Origin: Yuukianura sp. NJ FZ-2021
Taxonomy: Eukaryota
Assembly (NCBI GenBank): GCA_046563655.1
Contig: CM102288.1
Location: 1,302,001 to 1,366,000 of the forward strand
Direction of reading: 5' to 3'
DNA: 64,000 nt
Positions 51,501 through 64,000 of the stretch are shown in pieces. The notes beneath the pieces were generated by a model that saw only the letters and a program-made list of their open reading frames with translations, did not search any database and had not been told where the DNA came from. Every line of letters begins with the position of its first letter. Position 1 is the first letter of the stretch. The position numbers and the translations under genes are program-made.

Positions 51501-54500
51501 ATCCAAATTCCCAATGTGTGACTAGTCTTTATTTTACTTTTCATCTGCCACTGGACGCCTGAATTGATCTCAAATTTTTAATTTTTTCAAAAAATTAGAC
51601 ATTGAAAACTGGTTTTCATTGAATTTTTTGTTTAAAGAGAACCAACGGGAACGAACATGACTGGTTCAAAGTTGTATTCAAATTTTGAATGGACACAGAA
51701 TTTAAGTTTAAAAAAATTCGAAAACTAATTCTTGGTTGCGTCTTGACAGGGACTTGGGTTGTTCTAAAATTTTAAAAAATCGAGAACAGGAACCAGTCCA
51801 CGACGACGCTTCCTTCACTACTGACCAGTTTAGTTCAACTGATTCTGCCCAATTCAAACCGTCCACAATTTTTTCCTCAATTGAACAAAAATTACACCCG
51901 AAAACCCGTTTTCATTTTTTGAAATCAAAGAAACATTTTTTAAAACAATTTTTGACCTTCCCTATTCGTACTGTGCTGGACAAACCCGTTCCTACTACTA
52001 TTTTTTAAATTTTTGTGAAACGTGACCAGTGGTACTACAAAGTGAATTTGTGATACATTTTTTAAAAAACAAGATTTTTTGAACAAACATGTTCAGCTTT
52101 TGACATTCAATCAACAGTGCTACCGTAACTTTTGCTCAGGTCAGATCTCCAATATTGCTTTTAGATCAGAGCTGTATGCTGCTCAAATTGAATTTTGAAA
52201 ACTTTTAAAAGCTTAGATTTGACTTCAGTTTTCGTTTTTTGAACCACACTAGGATTTCGGTTCTTGAAATAAGTACGTTTTTTTTTTTTTAGAAAATTTA
52301 AAAATCCTTCGTATTTCGTTTTTTTTTTCCTTTGGGGGATTTGAAAAGTGTGAATATTTGATAAATCTGAAACTAAATTTTGAAATTAGGAAATGAGAAA
52401 GTGAGTTTGAGTTTATAATTTAGAGATGTTGGATATGTGGTTCCTTCCTTGAAGTTTAGGTTTACACCGGAAGTTGGGTTCGCAGGTTCAGTTTTTGGCG
52501 CGCTGAGATTACACCGAATTCCGGTTTAAAAAGATACCCGGGTATCTTTACTAAATTATTGTTGTTGTTGCTAAACTTAGCTCTTATACTAAGCAGAGTC
52601 ACAAGTTCAAAAGTGGCTTCCAAATCCCAATAGGTGGTAAATTCTCTAGGGTCATAAAGTAACGGAAATTTAGAAAAAGTGATTCATTGAAATTTTTGAA
52701 TTATTATCTTTTCCGTAAAACTTAGTTTACGGAAACGCATCTATTTCCAACATGAAATCCAAAATCAGCATCCTGCGAACAGCGGCGCTTCAACTTAATA
52801 AATTTCGAAAAAAAAAAAAAAGTTTTCGTTTTTACAACTCAAAATACGCAAAAGCCGCCAGATGATCTATTAGAGTGTTTCAGTCGGTATCTAAATGTTA
52901 TTTTCTAGTTTTTTGACGGGTTTGAAATTTTGCATTTGGAAAACTTTAAAATTTGGAAAACTTTTCGGAGGGAAATTGTTGTTTGATGGTAATAATGGTA
53001 GAGTTAGGCGTAATTTCTGGAAGGAGAAAAGCAATAAGCGGAGTCAGTGAAGAAGAAAGTATGAAAAATGGGGGATTGAGCAGGAAAATATCTTAGGTTC
53101 AAGTCTTCCCGCCAACATCTCTTGCTAGCTACCCGGCAAGAGTCTCCTCCCTCGCATGATGGATGTTAGTATTAAGAACTTCACTTTCTACAACCTCCAA
53201 GGCCTCCCTTTCCAAAACTTTTAATTACGAATTTTAATTAGAAAGAAAGTGAAAACTTTTTCATTGTAAAAGAACATTGAGGATGGAGGGAGTAACTACC
53301 CGGCAGAAGGAAAGCGTACGACCCAACGCTCTCCTTGCATCGATATGCTTCCTTGCATTATTCAACAAATTCTAATTTTCAGCCCAGACTCTGTTTCTTC
53401 CCAGAAAACTTTGTTTATGTTTCATAATCAAATTTTCTAGAAAAAAAAAATTAAAACTAAAAAAAAATAACAAAACTTCCAGCTTTCGCTTCTTTTTTAT
53501 TACCATTTTTTTAAATTGCGAGTGAGAGCAACTCATAGTTAAGCAGTCACGAACCAAATTTGATCTAAACTTTTTTCTGCTTTTGTTGAAACCTTTTTCC
53601 TACTTTTTTCAAAAGAGGGAAAGTTAAAATCGATAAAAGTGAAGAGATGAAGACGAGTTTCGCTCTATACTTTCATTTTATGGAAAGAGAAAAGTTTTGG
53701 AAGGAGAAACAGCTACTTTCCTGTGCGTTGTTAGTTTTCTTTTTTCGTTTTTTTTTTCAAACTTTTCCACTTTCTCCATTGTACAAAAACTCCCCTACTC
53801 CTTTTCCCTTCTGGGGAAATGAAGGGAAAAGAATCCAAATAGAAAAAAGCTCCACCCAAAAATTGATCGAAGGTTGGTAGGACCAATGATGAAACTTCAG
53901 GCGAATCGATTTCTTTTTCTCGCCATTTTTACTCATTTCGAAACCCATTTTTATGCACCCAGCACCACAAAAGATTTCTCAATTTTTGTGCACCCAGCAG
54001 CACAAAAAACTTTCTCTTTCCGCACTACAACAACTTTCACTTGTTTTTGAATGGTTATTTCGATGGTTATGCTCTCTTTTTTTTTTTAGAACGCATTTAC
54101 TTCAAACTCGTTCAAGAAATATTTATTTTTCTCGTTCTGAAAAATTCGTTGCGTTACACAGGTTATTGGAAACTTTCTCTTCAGTTTGCGTTGAATTACG
54201 ATTAGTTGCACTGTATTTTGTAACGTTCAATGTTGTAGGCATGTGGAATTCCATGATACGCTGGGTTTAAAGATCACTTCACATGAGAAGCCTTGTGCAC
54301 TTTTCTCCCGCGTTGGTGAAAGTTCAAAATTAAATTTAACAAGAGAACTATACAAAAGAAGACGGAGGGAAAAGTGCTCGGAGCTTAAATAATTTTCTTT
54401 CTTCATTTTCTTCCCTTTTGGTCTTTTACAGGCTTCTTGTCTGTTCTCCTCTCTCCGTTTCATAATTGAAATTTTAAAAGTTGTACTACGCTCTGCTGTG

Positions 54501-57500
54501 GGTCTTCTTTTGTGTGTAGTTACTAACATCTACCTCGTGTGTGCCCTTTTCACAAAAGGTTTTCTCTACCCAAAATTTGAAAATTTCAAAATTTCAAATT
54601 ATCCCTCTCAAGACCAAGAACTGTCGACTGTAGCTAAAAATTGTAATTAGTTGGAAAGGGCTGAAGAGAAGTAAAATTTTGTTGATTTTCAATTTGGGAC
54701 TTTGTTTTGGAAAAGTTCTAAAGAGAGACCAAATAGAACCAGAGGGTGGTGATGTACACTATGGTTCAAAAGGAGGGGGGAAATGTTTTTAGTGAACCTA
54801 ATTTCCAAACCCATGTTATGTATTTTTTGAGTTTTAGTGAATGTTAGGTTGTACGTTAACGTTAACCTAATGTGATCTTGTCGTTAGGCTATAGGAAAAA
54901 TAATTACAGAGTCTGGAAACAAGTTACAAAGACTTTCAGAGGAATTGAATTCATTAAAAATAATTAAAAGGAAAACAGCCATATTTGAAACCAGAGAAAA
55001 CTCTTGAAGAGTCCAATTCTTTCAAATTGACTTTCACTTTTTGCGGGAGTTCTCGTTTTCAAAATTTTGAAAAACTACGAGCTGTTTGAACATTCAAAAG
55101 AGACTTGGTCTGACATGTGATGTGAATTGTTAGGCTAGTCGGTTCGTCTTTTAGCATTTTCCAAAGGAGAATGAGAAATGAGGAGAGAAAGTTCCTTTGA
55201 GGGAAAGTCAGAAAGTGCTTTTGGGAAAAAGTGCGTTGGAAAGCAGAATTTTAAATTAGAAATTCTTGTCTGCTTTTCCTTAGCCTTTAGTTGGAAGACA
55301 AAAAGTGAAAGGTATGCAGGAGGGAGATGAAGAAGACGTACAGGGAAGATCTGAAGGAAAGTCAAGGACTTTTTAGCACTAATTAATGATTTTCGTTTGA
55401 TCCCAGCAGTGTAGCTCTCACTTTCTTTTCTATCTTCTCAAATAGTTACTCCCTCCTTCCCTCCATTCACTTACGCACATTAGCATACGCTTCCCATCAA
55501 AGAGACAGACTTTAGGATCAGAACATGTTCATCTCGAGAGCCAAATGGACCTGAATGTGCTTTCACTTGGACTAACTTTCACCTCCACAACATTTCCAAA
55601 GTCTTTTCAAGTTTATTTTTATGTTACCTTGTGTTTTGGCATTTAAGTACTGGGAGGCCTTAGGCCTTGATATCTTTATTTTCAACTAAAGTTGTTTTAG
55701 TATTGCCTCTGACTCATCATTCCATTTGTAAGGTCCGTATAATTTGATTGCATCATGAATAATGCATTTGAGTGGATACATGATTAGCATTTAGGGGCAG
55801 GAAAGAAAAATAAGAAGCAAGCCAACGTTTGTGGCGGCGGCGTCTTTGGAGAAAGCAGGTTTCTAGTTAGGTAACAGAAGCGAAGAGTCGTTAAAGACAA
55901 TCGGCAGTAAACTAATCAAGTTACAAAAAAAATTGGAAGTAATCAAATTCAAAAAAAAATATAAACTTAAAACTGAAATGCCTTTGACTTTAAAATTTAT
56001 GTGATTTCACGAATTTGAGAAAATAGAAAAGTGAATTGGACAGAGACAAAATTTGAACGAGAGAAAAAGTAAGACGCCAATTACAAAATTTTGAGGTGTT
56101 GTTTTGTGAATTTTGTCAAACAGAAGGTTGATTATTCTGGCGGTATTTTTGAGTGTTGAATCGTTAACTTTTTGAGAATTTGGAATTCAAATTTGTGTGA
56201 AACTTTTGAATTTGGAAAAAATGTAAGGTGATTTTTGGTTCCCTTCATGGGCTAATAGGTTTCGAAAAAAGAAGAAGAAACATAAACCACAAACTTTTTG
56301 AAGTTGGGTTTCAGGTTTGTAAATTTTTTGTTGTTTAGACCACTTATCCTCTTCCTCAAGGGTTTTGACACCTTTTGTGCGTTAGAACGAGAGGTAGTGT
56401 GAGGTTATTGACAGTTTGCTAACAATGGGATGATTGATGGGAGGATAGGAAATGGTTTCGAGACGGAATCATGCTTAGTTACAGGACACTTAACCCTAAC
56501 TTACCTCCATCGTAGCTTACTTTTAAAAGTTACGTTGTCTAAAAGTGAGTTTGTTCAAAGCGTGTCCTCCTTTGCTTCACTTTGTCCGTGTGTCCCACCC
56601 TCCTTGAGCCTAAAGTCAATGATTCTTGTCCTTGTGGTTTAGGTGGGTTCATGTGGGACGCTACTTGAACGAAAGATGCTATCATTACTCTCCGTTCCAC
56701 TTGGTAGATCTCCTTCCAGAACAATGGGTTCATCCCACACTTAAGACTGCTACAAACATAGTTGCATTCAAAAGTTGAGTAAAGTAACTTTTGGTAAGCA
56801 CATGAGAGTAATTTGGTTTTTGGAAAAGTGGCATTATGAAAATGGAGTTGGTTTTTGAAAAGAAAAGGAAGGGTGGAGAGATTAAGAGTCTAGGAGTCCA
56901 AGGTTTTCTGTAAAATGAAATTTTGAAACAATGTTTTGTGAGACAAGGGAGAGGGTCTTAAGGGTGAAAGCACAAAAAATTAAAGTGTCCAAAGGAGAAA
57001 GCACTGGCACTAATCTTGATAAATATGACACCACCACATTTTTCAAAAAGCCATTTTCAAAGAAAAACAAAGCAGCGGGGTTCCAGAGAGGAGGAAGTTT
57101 TCAGAAATGAAATCTTAAAAGGAAAATAATTATGAAGAAAAAACGTCATTTTGAAATTTTGGGTAGAAAGTGAGTAGAATGTTATCGAGAAAGGATCGAA
57201 ATAAACAATGGTATTTTGTTACCAATTTTCTGTCAAAATTCGTATCTTTGATTTTCAAAAACCTGAAATGTTTTTGAACAATCAAAATGAAGTGTCAAGT
57301 TTTACTATGAAAGAGAAGATTTCTTTTTTATTTAAAATGCTTTTGGTTGCTAAAAATATTTAAAGTTAATTTGATTTTTGAAGTTTGACTAGTGAAAAGT
57401 AAAGGTTAGTTTATTGATTTGAATTGAGATAGCAGTTTATTGAAGTTCTATCTTGTAAATGTATTTTTATAATTTAGAATATTTCATTTTAATCGTTGAT

Positions 57501-60500
57501 TTTGACAAAGCCGAAGTGTGAAAAGTGTCCGGAGGGGAAGTGTCAATTGTGCCTTTGATTTCCACAAGATGACACGAGGGGTACAGATTGGTCTGCTACG
57601 GATTGACACTAGTAAGAACGGAAAGAGGAAATCTGAAATATGAATGGCTGGAATAACAATTTAAAACAATGAAAATCGTTTTGAAAAATTAGAAACTAAA
57701 ATTCAATTTCAAGTAATTACATCGATAGGTTTGAACGAAATTAAAATATTTCAACGCCGATCACTAACATTGCATATTATTGCAATGTAATTCTTGTTCA
57801 AAATTTCTCAGTTTGAATTTGTCTTTACGGAGAAATGGAGGACATGACTTTTGCTTATTTTTATTTTCTTTTCAAAATTAAATAAGGTATTTATACACCA
57901 AGTTTTACGAAAATCGAGAAATTTATTTAAAAAAAAGTTTACTTCCCGTGGTTCTCGTTTGCCTTTCAGCACTAAAATTTGACGTTCTTAATTTGAAGTG
58001 TGAAAAAAACCTCCCCGAAAAAATCGTGACAGGGGGTAGTTGAGTTTTGTAAAAATTGTTAGTTTTTTACATCATGTTCCTGGTTAGTAACTAAAAGTGA
58101 GTTCCACCTTGTCTTTTGTAAAACAAATCTCATTAGAAAGTTAACATTGAAAGTAGGAAGAGAGTAGTGGACTTGTTAAGTAATTGTTGGCAGAGAGTAA
58201 TCCATTGTTAAGGGCTCTTTTTGGATAATAGGGCTCTCCTATTATAATCAATCCCTAATCTAATGATCCCTTCAATTCCTACCAGAAGCTAAGGGCCTCC
58301 ACAAGATTCAAAAAAAAGAGGAATTTTTTTGAAAGTGGGCCCTTTGTTAAGTTGATCTTGTGAAGTCAACCTGTCCCCTTAAGGCCACCCGCTATGCCAC
58401 TCAATTCTCCAATTTTTATCAGCCTAACATGAACAAGGCTCCCTCCCTTTGACTCTGACAGGGACGATGGGCACAAGGGCTCACTTCTACTGACGGATGG
58501 ACCAGAATTTCATAACTTCAATTTTTTAAAATTTAGGGAACAAAGATTTAGTCTTGGACGTTTGTTCAATTCGGCAACAACTCAGATTGCAATTGAGTGC
58601 TTTTGAAGCTTTTAATTTTTGGTGCTAAAAAGTCAATTTCATACTGTGATAATTTTGTAACTGAACATTGTGATTTATTTCGCTTTTTTTTAACAAGTTT
58701 CACATCGGAAGTTATATATATAGAATTGTAGAATGTTAAAATTAGAGTTAAAAAGGTGTTGTGAAAAGTGTCAAAATCGAATTCCAAAATTTATACTTTT
58801 GTTTTCACTTTTCTAAAAACCTTATTTATGTGTTTTTATAGAACCACGCCATTTGAAAAAAGCGTAAGTCCTGTTTGTTTTTGGGTTTGGAATTTTCGTA
58901 GTTTCAAGTCGCCCCTCATCTCTTTTGTTATCAAGTTGATTTGTTCGGTTTTTTGCCGGAAAATTTCTGAAATTTTTTTTTTTTGCAATTTCCGAAAATT
59001 GTTAAAGAGATATTGATTTTGCAATTTTCTCTTCTTCCTTTTGCGTTGTGCCGTTTAGAGTTGGACCCCATGATGTGAGTGACCTTGCTACTACATGTTC
59101 GTCTTGTAAAAGGAACTTGTAAAACATGTATAATTTTGATTGTCATGACACAATTACCCCGAGATTAAATTTTGCACAAGTTCCTCATCCCATGTAGTAT
59201 CAATGTTAAAATTACCATTAAGTACACTCTATCATGCAACTGCACAAAAATTATCAATCCAGTTTCTTGTGGTTCCTTTGGTCTGTTGAAAGCTCTTAAA
59301 TCCTGTCGTATCAAAAATGCATTTGATTTCCTCAACTGTCGAGGAGAGACATGCATTATAAAGTACTTTAAGAGACACAAAAAACTGGAGTAAGCAACAA
59401 CCTTGGCGTGATTTTAGCACAAACTGCACTTTAATTTGCACAACTTTTCCAAGTCCAAGAAACAACTATTGTGGGTTCATTTACATAGTGGCACTTGATC
59501 TGCTGGTCTCTTGGCTCTTCATTTGCTACTGTCATGTCAGCCGAACACTTTGAGCTCTAACTCTCATTTTGGTCATCTTTGAACAGTTTGCTAGTTTTCA
59601 AATTGGAAATTACGAAAACATTAGCTTCCGTGGTGGACAGACTAGGAACAAGGTTTAAACGATATTTCATTTGCAATTCTGCGAACAAGTGAAAGATAAA
59701 AGATAAAGTGGCCATCTTTTAGTCTCAGTAAACTAAAAACGGGTGCATCAGAAGAGTAAAGGGCGGAGTTGAAGTTTTGTGGTAACTTTTAAGTCGTCTG
59801 AGAAGTTAAAGTGAAGCAGACTACAAAAAGAATTGTTATCACAACTTAGATGTTCATCCTCAAAAAGTTACGCAATTTTGGTGCTAAATATCAAATTGAA
59901 AAAAGGGACAGTTTGAGTTACAAGTCGTAAAACTGTGCTAAATTTTCAGTGAAACCCGACTTTTGAAAAACTGTTCTCAAGGCAGAGTTTAGTGTTTTTT
60001 GAAACTTAATTTCTGTTTGACACGAAAAAGTTGGTTACAAAAACCTAACGTTAATGGTCTTCTTGGACAACTTAAAATAACTTAACAAGAAAATTATAAC
60101 CTAGCAAGAATCGCTGCGGGAATCTAAAACTACAAAATTTTGAAGTTAGCGTCAAGTAATTAACAGGTACGAACACCAAAGTTATGTTCTTCATACTAAA
60201 AATGAAGTTATTAAAATGTTGATTGTGAGATTAAAACTCTGTTCAGAAATTAAAGTTTATGAAACTTGCATGTTTTTGGAAATTTTCAAAAAAGATGACT
60301 TTTGAAAGGTTGGTGGTTTTGAATTTTGAAATTTAATCGGAGACTAGTCATTAAAACATCAATTTGTTCCAAAAATAATTGTTACACGGATCGTCAATTC
60401 TCAATTAAAATGTCGTAATTTTGAACAATTTTATTTTCCCGCAATTTCAGTTTTTATGATCCTCAAACATTGTAAAAACGAGAAAGAGAAAGCTGTCAAA

Positions 60501-61205
60501 TTAAAACTGTTTCTCATCCATAAAATTCAACTTTCCGGCTACTGAAATTTCAATTCTCACAATTTAATTTGTGAATTTTGAAATTTAGAATTGAGCTTAT
60601 AAAATCTGAATGTTAGTTTTTTGAAAACTTTTTTTTTTGAAAACTTGGAGGAAGCAGTTGGTAATAATCATTTAGAAAAGAGCAGATGGAGACATGGGTT
60701 GAATTGAAATTGAAATTTATGTAAGTTTGGCAAATAATTTTAATTTGCAAATAATTGAAACAATGTAGTTTTTCGGTGGCCAACTGATACGATCCAAAGC
60801 GGGTCCAGTTTTTGAAACTTAAGTTTAATAGGAAACTGCCCAGTGGGTGACTTTTTGAAACTCTTAAAAGAGAAAAAACAATGCAGTTGAACAAAAACTG
60901 GTCTGGTTTAATACCCAATGTTCATGTTTTAATTAATTTTAATGAATCAAGAATTTCTGGCTACCTTTAGGGGCTAACTAAACCTCTTAAGATGCGGAAA
61001 AAAGAAAATGCGCAAAGATGTTTTCGTTTCGGATGGAACATTGATTGCTTTGCCACATGACGCATGTGGTTTTGCTCCTTCAGTGTCTCATTTTAATTTT
61101 TCATCTTCCTTTGTTATGGAAATGGCACGATTTTATACAATTACGACCACTCAACCTTGGAATTCATTAAGCAAGGTGTATCTAGAGCTTCTTTGTTTGT
61201 TATGT

Positions 61206-61307
61206 TAGGGTTATTGTGAGGTTTTGTTAGAGTAGGGTGTTGTATGTTTTTTGATAAGTTAGGGTGTTTGTATGGTTTTGTTATGCTAGGGTATTGTTGG
61301 TTTTTGG
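61206..61307. repeat. Degenerate 27-bp minisatellite, ~4 copies
   Basis: TAGGGT recurs at 61206, 61233, 61260 and 61287, each followed by similar GT-rich sequence. Confidence 0.75.
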
Positions 61308-63917
61308 TGTGCCAAAATGTCAATTTTTTAGTGCGAAATATGAAAATGGAGGAGGCGTGTTGATGAACTGGCGGGTAACAAATTGGAGAAAGACACGCTT
61401 CGTGTTTGTTTTATTTCCTGGTCTACTTTGTACTTTTTGAACATGTAAAAAGTGCGTGTTTTGGGTTGGAAGTTAGGACTTTCTGCCTAAAAACTTTTTG
61501 AAGTTTTGAGTGTTTTATTTTTTGAACTTTCACTTTTACTTTTTCCGTCAAGTTTCGTGCTGCTCTCATATTTTTTGGAATTCTGGCAGCAGTATGAACC
61601 TTGCAAGGGGAAAAAGAGGTTGCTGTTGGTGTAGTAGTGAAAGTCGGTGCTACTGCGAGACTTCTTTTTAACATACACATGCGCCTGTCTCTAGCATGGC
61701 GGAAAAATGTACGCTATCGATTATTTTTTCTCCTTCAACATCAGGATTTTTACTGGGGGGTTTTTGAGGGCTCGTAGCTGCTGCTTCTTCTATATACTTT
61801 TTATGGAGCCAGGCAAATGCTAACTTTCTCCGCACTTTCTTTTCATGCCTTTTTCCAAGGAAACACCACCACCAAACTCTTTTTTCCTCCCGCCGACGTC
61901 CACCACCCGCCATTTTGAAATTTTAAAAACTCCAGAGTTTCGCATACCCGCTCGCTCGCTTTTTTCTGTGCGAGGAAGTCATTTATTTCCCGTTGTGAGA
62001 GTGTCGGCTTTTCAAAATTAATGTTAATCCTTTTCCATTTTTTTTACCGAAAAATATGTGAATTTTTTTAAAAATTAAAAACAAGCGTGTTCCAACCACA
62101 TGTTTATACCCAAGGTGGTGAATAACTATAGCGAACGTGATTTGTTTTTGAGTGCACTTTAATTGGTTTTTTGGATGATATTTACTTACAGCAAGAAATT
62201 TTGCGAATTGGATAATTTTTGAAACTGGAACTTTTGGAAGTGAATTTGTAAATACAAGAGGAATAGAATAGAGTTGTGTGTTAGAGGTCATGTAGTGGTG
62301 TCCATGAAGTGGAAAGGCCAGTGTTAGATGCGTTATTGATCTGGTTGTTGATGGGATTGCGAATTTGGTTTAGCCTTTGTGGATTTGAGTTCAAGGGACG
62401 CATATTGGATGCAAAAGTGCATCAAACGAACCACTATAGACTAGGATTCGGACTAACGTCTAACTTATAGAATCTGTTTCAAAACAAGTACAGAGATAAG
62501 CAAACTGTCAGAATATTCAATTGTACATTGACACTTAAGAATTGATTAAAACATAATTATAATTATAATTATAATTTCGAGTGATGCATAAAATTTAAAA
62601 CGAAGAATAATTTGCGAAAATTCAAATGAAGAAACTAATACGAAAACTTTTAATGCAAACCTTTGTTAGAAAAGTTTAGAATGAAAAAATACACCGGTGT
62701 GCAGAGTATACTTGGGTTTGCTTTAAAAATGAAATTAAAATTAACTGAGATTAAGTGCCCCTATGTTACCGATACTTAATATAAGTTATAAGATTAAAAA
62801 AGTTATTTTTAGTAGTGAATTTCATGAGGGAGGGACAACTTTCTTTCGTAGTTTTTGGAGTTTTTCTTAAGAATCCGGGAGTGTCTGATAATAAATTCAG
62901 TCCAAATACTTTCCTCTTGCCCCTGTCAAAGGACCAAGTTTTTGAGATATGATTAGAATCAAAATTAGAAAAGTTTTTGTGAAAGAAATACCCTCAGGCC
63001 CAATCATGACACTTTCACTACTCTCCAAAAACTTTTTCAAAATTTCCCACTCTCCGCCATCTTTCAAATTCCCTAGTTACACTTTTACTTTAACTTCAAA
63101 TGAAATTTTACAACTTTCTTCTCTTTCAAGAAACCCTGTACTTTCTTACAACACTTTGCTCCGCATTGACATTCTAGCAATTCACCTTATCTTCCGAGAT
63201 TCATTTTATTTTCTAGAAAATTTTCAAATTTTTTGAAAAATCTTGAAAGGTTGACAGTTTTATTTTTAGTTTAAGCCTGTAAGTGATGAGGATAAACGAC
63301 CCTGTTCCGTCATCGTTTGACCTGTAATTGAATTCGCCTTTTCCCGGAACAAAATTAAAAATTCAGCTCCCTTTTAAATTGGGTTTTGAACTTTCTTTCT
63401 CCGGACAGGAGAGTGAAATTCTAATGAAAAATAATGGAAAAGTGAGGCTGAAGGGAATGGAAAGTGATGAAATAGAATTTTAATCAGGATGGAAACGAAA
63501 TAGAAAAAAATAGAGTGAAAATTCAAAAGCATAGGAAAAACCCCTTTTCTCCGGATCAAAAAGAATCTTTCAGTTTTACAAGACACGGCAGAAAATTAGT
63601 CAGAAAATGTACGTGTCGTAGTTGCTCCAATTTGTATGAAAAAATGTTAGTTGGAGTAAGTTAGGAAGTTTTTAGTACGACATAAAGCGTGTTGGAGTTC
63701 GGCTACGACATAGGTTGATTAAACTTTCTTTTTAATTTTGTACTGCTCCTGCATAAATTGTATGGAGATGGTGAAAGCTTCAAGTCTCTTCCAAAAGAGT
63801 CTCGCGGGGAGAAAGCGTGCATAGAAAATTTTCCTTCTCCGAAAAAAAAGTTGAGTGTCTTCAGAAATTCTCGTCTGAATTTCATGTTAGGTTTTTTGGA
63901 AGGCGGAGAAAGTTGCA

Positions 63918-63937
63918 GGGGGTGGGGTGGGGTGGGG
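63918..63937 (+). other. G-quadruplex-forming (GGGGT)n tract
   Basis: GGGGG-T-GGGG-T-GGGG-T-GGGG. Confidence 0.65.
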
Positions 63938-64000
63938 TGGTCTTGACGTGAATGGGTGGAAAAATGTATAAGGAAAAGGAACAAAAAAGTCTTAGAAAGA

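Noticed and set aside
39500..64000. Numerous 60-125 aa ORFs in the ORF track
   Set aside because: F/K/L/I-rich translations typical of AT-rich non-coding DNA, many with non-ATG starts; no domains recognised
1..64000. Prokaryotic-type systems (CRISPR arrays, operons, rRNA, intact transposase or RT genes)
   Set aside because: The sequence is intron-containing eukaryotic DNA; I saw no repeat-spacer arrays, rRNA-like segments or long ORFs

Overview
AT-rich eukaryotic genomic DNA, arthropod-like; the species cannot be determined from the sequence. The window is dominated by one multi-exon + strand gene, a rotund (rn)/squeeze/lin-29-family (ZNF384-like) Kruppel C2H2 zinc-finger transcription factor. 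I assembled it by hand from GT-AG exons with consistent phases: 1182-1439 (and/or 12075-12362), 14880-15305, 15998-16046, 16208-16407, 33171-33306, 34158-34616, 34902-35221, 35700-35933. This gives about 693 aa with 6 zinc fingers and the C-terminal FPNQLISLHQIRNY NAB-binding motif. A candidate internal promoter and first exon (24820-24954), inside the 16.8-kb intron that splits finger 1, would give a 5-finger Roe-like isoform. Mobile or repeat-derived DNA includes a 650-bp hAT-type MITE with an 8-bp TSD just after the first donor, a double fold-back element in the intron after the 12075 exon, a tRNA-like remnant, and a 5'-truncated CR1/L2-type LINE downstream. The last ~25 kb has no coding sequence I can recognise and looks like regulatory DNA, including a dense cluster of nuclear-receptor (AGGTCA) elements at about 44.9-45.6 kb. 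All calls are by eye, with no alignments or searches run.
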